Notes under the pieces: generated by a model
Told to the model about the DNA's origin: nothing
Database searches by the model: none
What the model saw: the letters and a program-made list of their open reading frames with translations, nothing else
Program-made: the position numbers and the translations under genes
Assembly: GCA_002269645.1 (NCBI GenBank)
Contig: NIVC01000024.1
Location: 1-64,000 of the forward strand
Direction of reading: 5' to 3'
DNA length: 64,000 bases
Origin: Macrostomum lignano
Lineage: Eukaryota
Shown: positions 59,801 to 64,000 of the stretch, one piece after another
How the letters are laid out: the number at the start of each line of letters is the position of its first letter
Position numbering within the stretch: the stretch's first letter is position 1

Positions 59801-62079
59801 GACTGGGACGGCATGTCCGAGGCCATGTCGTGTTCTGCAGTCTGAGGACCGGACTGGGACGGCATGTCCGAGGCCATGTCGTGTTCTGCAGTCTGAGGAC
59901 CGGACTGGGACGGCATGTCCGAGGCCATGTCGTGTTCAGCAGTCTGCGGACCGGACTGGGACGGCATGTCCGAGGCCATGTCGTGTTCTGCAGTCTGAGG
60001 ACCGGACTGGGACGGCATGTCCGAGGCCATGTCGTGTTCTGCAGTCTGAGGACCGGACTGGGACGGCATGTCCGAGGCCATGTCGTGTTCTGCAGTCTGA
60101 GGACCGGACTGGGACGGCATGTCGGAGGCCATGTCGTGTTCTGCAGTCTGAGGACCGGACTGGGACGGCATGTCCGAGGCCATGTCGTGTTCTGCAGTCT
60201 GAGGACCGGACTGGGACGGCATGTCGGAGGCCATGTCGTGTTCTGCAGTCTGAGGACCGAGCTGGCCCCGGGGCCTGGTGCCATTTTTTTGCCTTTGGCG
60301 TCGGCGCACTTTATCCTGCTGCTGCCGACCGTTCGAGGATGACTCACTTGGGGCAAGAAATGATGATTTGTCCACATTTCAGGGGTTGCCAAACTTCGGC
60401 CCGCGAAGACTCTCTACCCTGCTCTCGGGTCCTTTAAAAAATTTCACAATAGCAATCTGGCCCGCTCAAGGTCTAGCTGTATCTCTTCTCAGCTCTCTCC
60501 CCTCTTGTCTCATATATATCTTCTCATCTCCTATTTCCCTTCTCTCTCCTGATCTGTTCCCTCTCCTTTCCTCTTTCAATCTATTAAATCACTCCCCAAA
60601 CAGCAGTGGACAGTGGAACAGCTTACGGGACATCCTGTTGGCTCCGGCCGTGGTTTCCTGGATCCGACGCAGAATTCGACTCAACGTCACCGTCACGGCC
60701 TGAAGAGTCAATGTGAATCATCTGAACTCTGCACTGTCAGCAGATTTCAACAGTTGAACTAATAAACTGTCGGTATAACATGTCGGGGTAAGTCGGGTAC
60801 ATCGGCAGGCGTCGGAATTTTTCAGGGACAAGGTTTGAGCACCTCACTAGTTCTTACAAGTGCTGATAGGAAAGCAGTGGGTAAATAAAACCTTTTGGCT
60901 TCGCACCATTTAGCCATTCGTGCAAAACAAAGTAGCTACTAATAGATCAAAAGCAGACAGCCGACACATACCGCTTGAATCAGTAGACATTTTCGATTCG
61001 CGACCCGACGACGCGTCTGAGACAGCACCGTCTAGGGATGAACTTCGCAGAACAATCTCCTCTCCTTGTGGGGGACCACAGGAGCCAGTCTCTTGCTGTT
61101 CTTTCTCGTTCGGGTGACTGGACACGTCGGCCTCTTGCGAGTTGTCACGGTGACTGGACACGTCGGCCTCTTGCGAGTTGTCACGGCGACTGGACACGTC
61201 GGCCTCTTGCGAGTTTTCAGGGTGACTGGACACGTCGGCCTCTTGCGAGTTGTCACGGTGACTGGACACGTCGGCCTCTTGCGAGTTGTCACGGTGACTG
61301 GACACGTCGGCCTCTTGCGAGTTGTCACGGCGACTGGACACGTCGGCCTCTTGCGAGTTTTCAGGGTGACTGGACACGTCGGCCTCTTGCGAGTTGTCAC
61401 GGTGACTGGACACGTCGGCCTCTTGCGAGTTGTCACGGTGACTGGACACGTCGGCCTCTTGCGAGTTGTCACGGCGACTGGACACGTCGGCCTCTTGCGA
61501 GTTTTCAGGGTGACTGGACACGTCGGCCTCTTGCGAGTTGTCACGGCGACTGGACACGTCGGCCTCTTGCGAGTTGTCACGGTGACTGGACACGTCGGCC
61601 TCTTGCGAGTTGTCACGGTGACTGGACACGTCGGCCTCTTGCGAGTTGTCAGGGTGATTTGACTCATCTTCCTCCTTGATACTTGAATCGTCGATTGCTC
61701 TTCCATCAATCTCCGACACCCTTAGCACGCTTTTGGACTGGGACGATCTCTGAGAGTCTCGGGACGCCCGAGACCCGGGCCGGCTGTAGTAGGCGCTATC
61801 AGTCGAAGCCGCACTGTCTCGCCCTCCTGCATTTTCCACTTTTCTCCGTCTCTCAACATTCGATGAGTCTTTTGGCTTATCTTGTAGCTCTGAAACGGGA
61901 GGCTTCAACTCTGATGCGTCCATTTCAGCTGCTTCACATATAACCTGTTTTGCTTGCTGCAAGAGCCTCCTTGCATGGGTGTATGCTGCATGGTTAACGA
62001 ATGGCGAAGAGAAGTATCTTATTAAATTGGAAGCCTGGGCTTTAACATCACGGAAACGAGTTTGAAATTGTAACCGAAA
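53889..62079 (-). CDS. vWA-domain alpha-kinase (VwkA/eEF2K-like) with long repetitive N-terminal region; exons 62079-60972, 60699-60627, 60346-59679, 58101-57590, 56974-56811, 55201-54265, 54152-53889; 5' exons not found
   Basis: vWA: DLCFLIDGTSSM, YRDFD, PEDVFGGL, HMGDSPCHG, YPNGDP. Kinase: PFAEGSERIAY, VLKEY, EAQ, KFSNN, AFSHWTF, VVDLQG, TDPAIH, NLG...HQCGQLC. All seven exons join in consistent phase (3726 nt). The donor at 59679 is weak. Confidence 0.9.
55692..55997. mobile_element. Fold-back MITE with 8-bp TSD (same family as 16716-16855)
   Basis: TSD CTCTAGTT (55684-55691, 55998-56005); arms built of inverted TTTCACAACCGC/GCGAAAC motifs. Confidence 0.8.
56059..56513. repeat. 48/49-bp tandem repeat, about 9 units, largely alternating variants
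   Basis: GAGCTTGTGATGG at 56160, 56208, 56257 and onward. Confidence 0.95.
58579..59025. repeat. 17-bp minisatellite (ACCCTAGATGGGGAATC)
   Basis: Direct inspection; intronic. Confidence 0.93.
59744..60259 (-). repeat. 51-bp x10 coding repeat (SQSGPQTAEHDMASDMP)
   Basis: Near-identical units inside exon 60346-59679. Confidence 0.95.
61112..61657 (-). repeat. 36-bp x15 coding repeat (NSQEADVSS-HRD/RRD/HPE) with 4-unit higher-order period
   Basis: HPE/HPN variant every fourth unit (4, 8, 12, then 15). Confidence 0.95.
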
Positions 62080-62716
62080 CTATGTACGGCTCGTATATTC
62101 GTTTATTTTTTATCAAGCCCTGCATTTTGTACAGCAAATTATATCTGTTTATGTTAAAGAAGCTAGAAGTGCCCAGTTCTAAAAACAAACATGCATCATT
62201 TCTATTTTGATGCTTTCTAAAAGTAGAAAAATGAACTTACGAATACGGACACAGGCTATTTTTGGATGCAAAAAAACTTCTGGATGTAGACAGGCTTGAG
62301 CTTAGACAGACGAAATAAAAACGACAGTTTCTTAGAAAGGAAAAGGTCGAAAAAATATCCGGGGCTCTGCAATGTCTATAGCGACAAAAATCTCAACCTG
62401 CTGGTAAACTAAATTCCCGGTCTTAAAGTATAACATGCAGATGAGGGGCCTTGAAAGGAATGGCATTCAACACGTGACTGCGATTTGATCTTATCGTACT
62501 GCTATAAGGCGTCAGAAAACACAAGTCAGCATGATTCAAATTTAAAAGCATGTACAGTAACTTAGTGCAAAATTATGTACAAATACCAGGGCACATATGG
62601 GTCTCTTGCAATGTTTTACACAAGTAACACCGCACTTCTAAACTTCAGTTCTCAAATGCACGGATTAAATAAATAGCTGTGGCTGTACTGATAGTACATG
62701 TACATGCTATACTACT

Positions 62717-62931
62717 CAGGGGCGTCACCACGGATTTTATGATGGGGGAAACAAATCCAAGAATTCTACATGTACATGACTTAATCGCCGCAGGCACATA
62801 TTTTTCGACTTAGAGCAATTTCACAACGGGTCACAAAGTGGGGTGGCGGGGACAAAGCATCGGCATGTCCGCCCATAGCTTCTGCGGGGGGGGACAGTTC
62901 TCCTCTTGTCCCCCCGGCGGCTACGCCTCTG
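62717..62931. mobile_element. Small hAT-like MITE (215 bp)
   Basis: Ends CAGGGGCGTCACC and GGCTACGCCTCTG with subterminal G/C runs; no clean TSD. Confidence 0.5.
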
Positions 62932-63166
62932 CTACTAACAACTACATAGTCGCAGTAGACTTCCTTATCTCACGAAAAATATCGGTCCAGCGTTAAGAAG
63001 TACAGCGTTACTATATACTCAAGCAAAAGTTGATGAGCTTAGACATGCAGCCCTCATCCGTAGCGAGCCAGGGGGGGGGGGCACAGCTACCCAACATGGC
63101 TCTTCCAAAAGCTAAATTACTTTTTCCACCTCTTGCCTCTTGAGCGTAACAAAAAGACGTGTTATA

Positions 63167-64000
63167 GGGGGCGCCAACAAAGAGACAGGGGGCGCCAACA
63201 AAGAGACAGGGGGCGCCAACAAAGAGACAGGGGGCGCCAACAAAGAGACAGGGGGCGCCAACAAAGAGACAGGGGGCGCCAACAAAGAGACAGGGGGCGC
63301 CAACAAAGAGACAGGGGGCGCCAACAAAGAGACAGGGGGCGCCAACAAAGAGACAGGGGGCGCCAACAAAGAGACAGGGGCGCCAACAAAGAGACAGGGG
63401 GCGCCAACAAAGAGACAGGGGGCGCCAAAAAAGAGACAGGGGGCGCCAACAAAGAGACAGGGGCGCCAACAAAGAGACAGGGGGCGCCAACAAAGAGACA
63501 GGGGGCGCCAACAAAGAGACAGGGGGCGCCAACAAAGAGACAGGGGGCGCCAACAAAGAGACAGGGGGCGCCAACAAAGAGACAGGGGGCGCCAACAAAG
63601 AGACAGGGGGCGCCAACAAAGAGACAGGGGGCGCCAACAAAGAGACAGGGGGCGCCAACAAAGAGACAGGGGCGCCAACAAAGAGACAGGGGGCGCCAAC
63701 AAAGAGACAGGGGGCGCCAACAAAGAGACAGGGGGCGCCAACAAAGAGACAGGGGGCGCCAACAAAGAGACAGGGGGCGCCAACAAAGAGACAGGGGGCG
63801 CCAACAAAGAGACAGGGGGCGCCAACAAAGAGACAGGGGGCGCCAACAAAGAGACAGGGGGCGCCAACAAAGAGACAGGGGGCGCCAACAAAGAGACAGG
63901 GGGCGCCAACAAAGAGACAGGGGGCGCCAACAAAGAGACAGGGGGCGCCAACAAAGAGACAGGGGGCGCCAACAAAGAGACAGGGGGCGCCAACAAAGAG
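63167..64000. repeat. 21-bp satellite (GGGGGCGCCAACAAAGAGACA), runs off the window
   Basis: Direct inspection; preceded by a hAT-MITE-like end CATCCGTAGCGAGCCAG(G)nC at about 63056. Confidence 0.97.

Noticed and set aside
59703-60392. Alternative-frame reading (LQNTTWPRTCRPSPVLR)n of the 51-bp repeat
   Set aside because: Ends in a stop, and its phase does not join the flanking exons, unlike the SQSGPQTAEHDMASDMP frame.
63011-63996. (LLAPPVS)n ORFs
   Set aside because: Satellite translation.

Overview
Repeat-rich invertebrate genomic DNA. The gene style, the 4-mer microsatellites and the intronic minisatellites resemble a free-living flatworm such as Macrostomum, but that is inference only. 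Bases 1-10971 are the right-hand part of an endogenous Polinton/Maverick (adintovirus-like) DNA virus. It carries the end of a minor capsid gene, an adenain protease, a modular fibre with phage-like shaft, discoidin and L-lectin domains, several accessory ORFs, a protein-primed PolB, two putative core proteins and a palindrome-rich terminus ending ACTACT. That terminus interrupts the RT of a LOA-like non-LTR retrotransposon (10972 to about 15400). The rest of the window holds host genes with phase-consistent exon models: a DEG/ENaC channel, an intronless M13 peptidase, a class A GPCR, a LicD/fukutin-like transferase, a C-type lectin, an LDLa membrane protein and a large vWA + alpha-kinase with two translated VNTRs. 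Between and within them lie hAT elements and MITEs with verifiable TSDs, a Penelope fragment with two inverted minimal hammerhead ribozymes, a CORE-like SINE and about 15 tandem arrays. No CRISPR array, rRNA or genuine tRNA gene was found. Family assignments rest on motifs recognised by eye; no database search was run.
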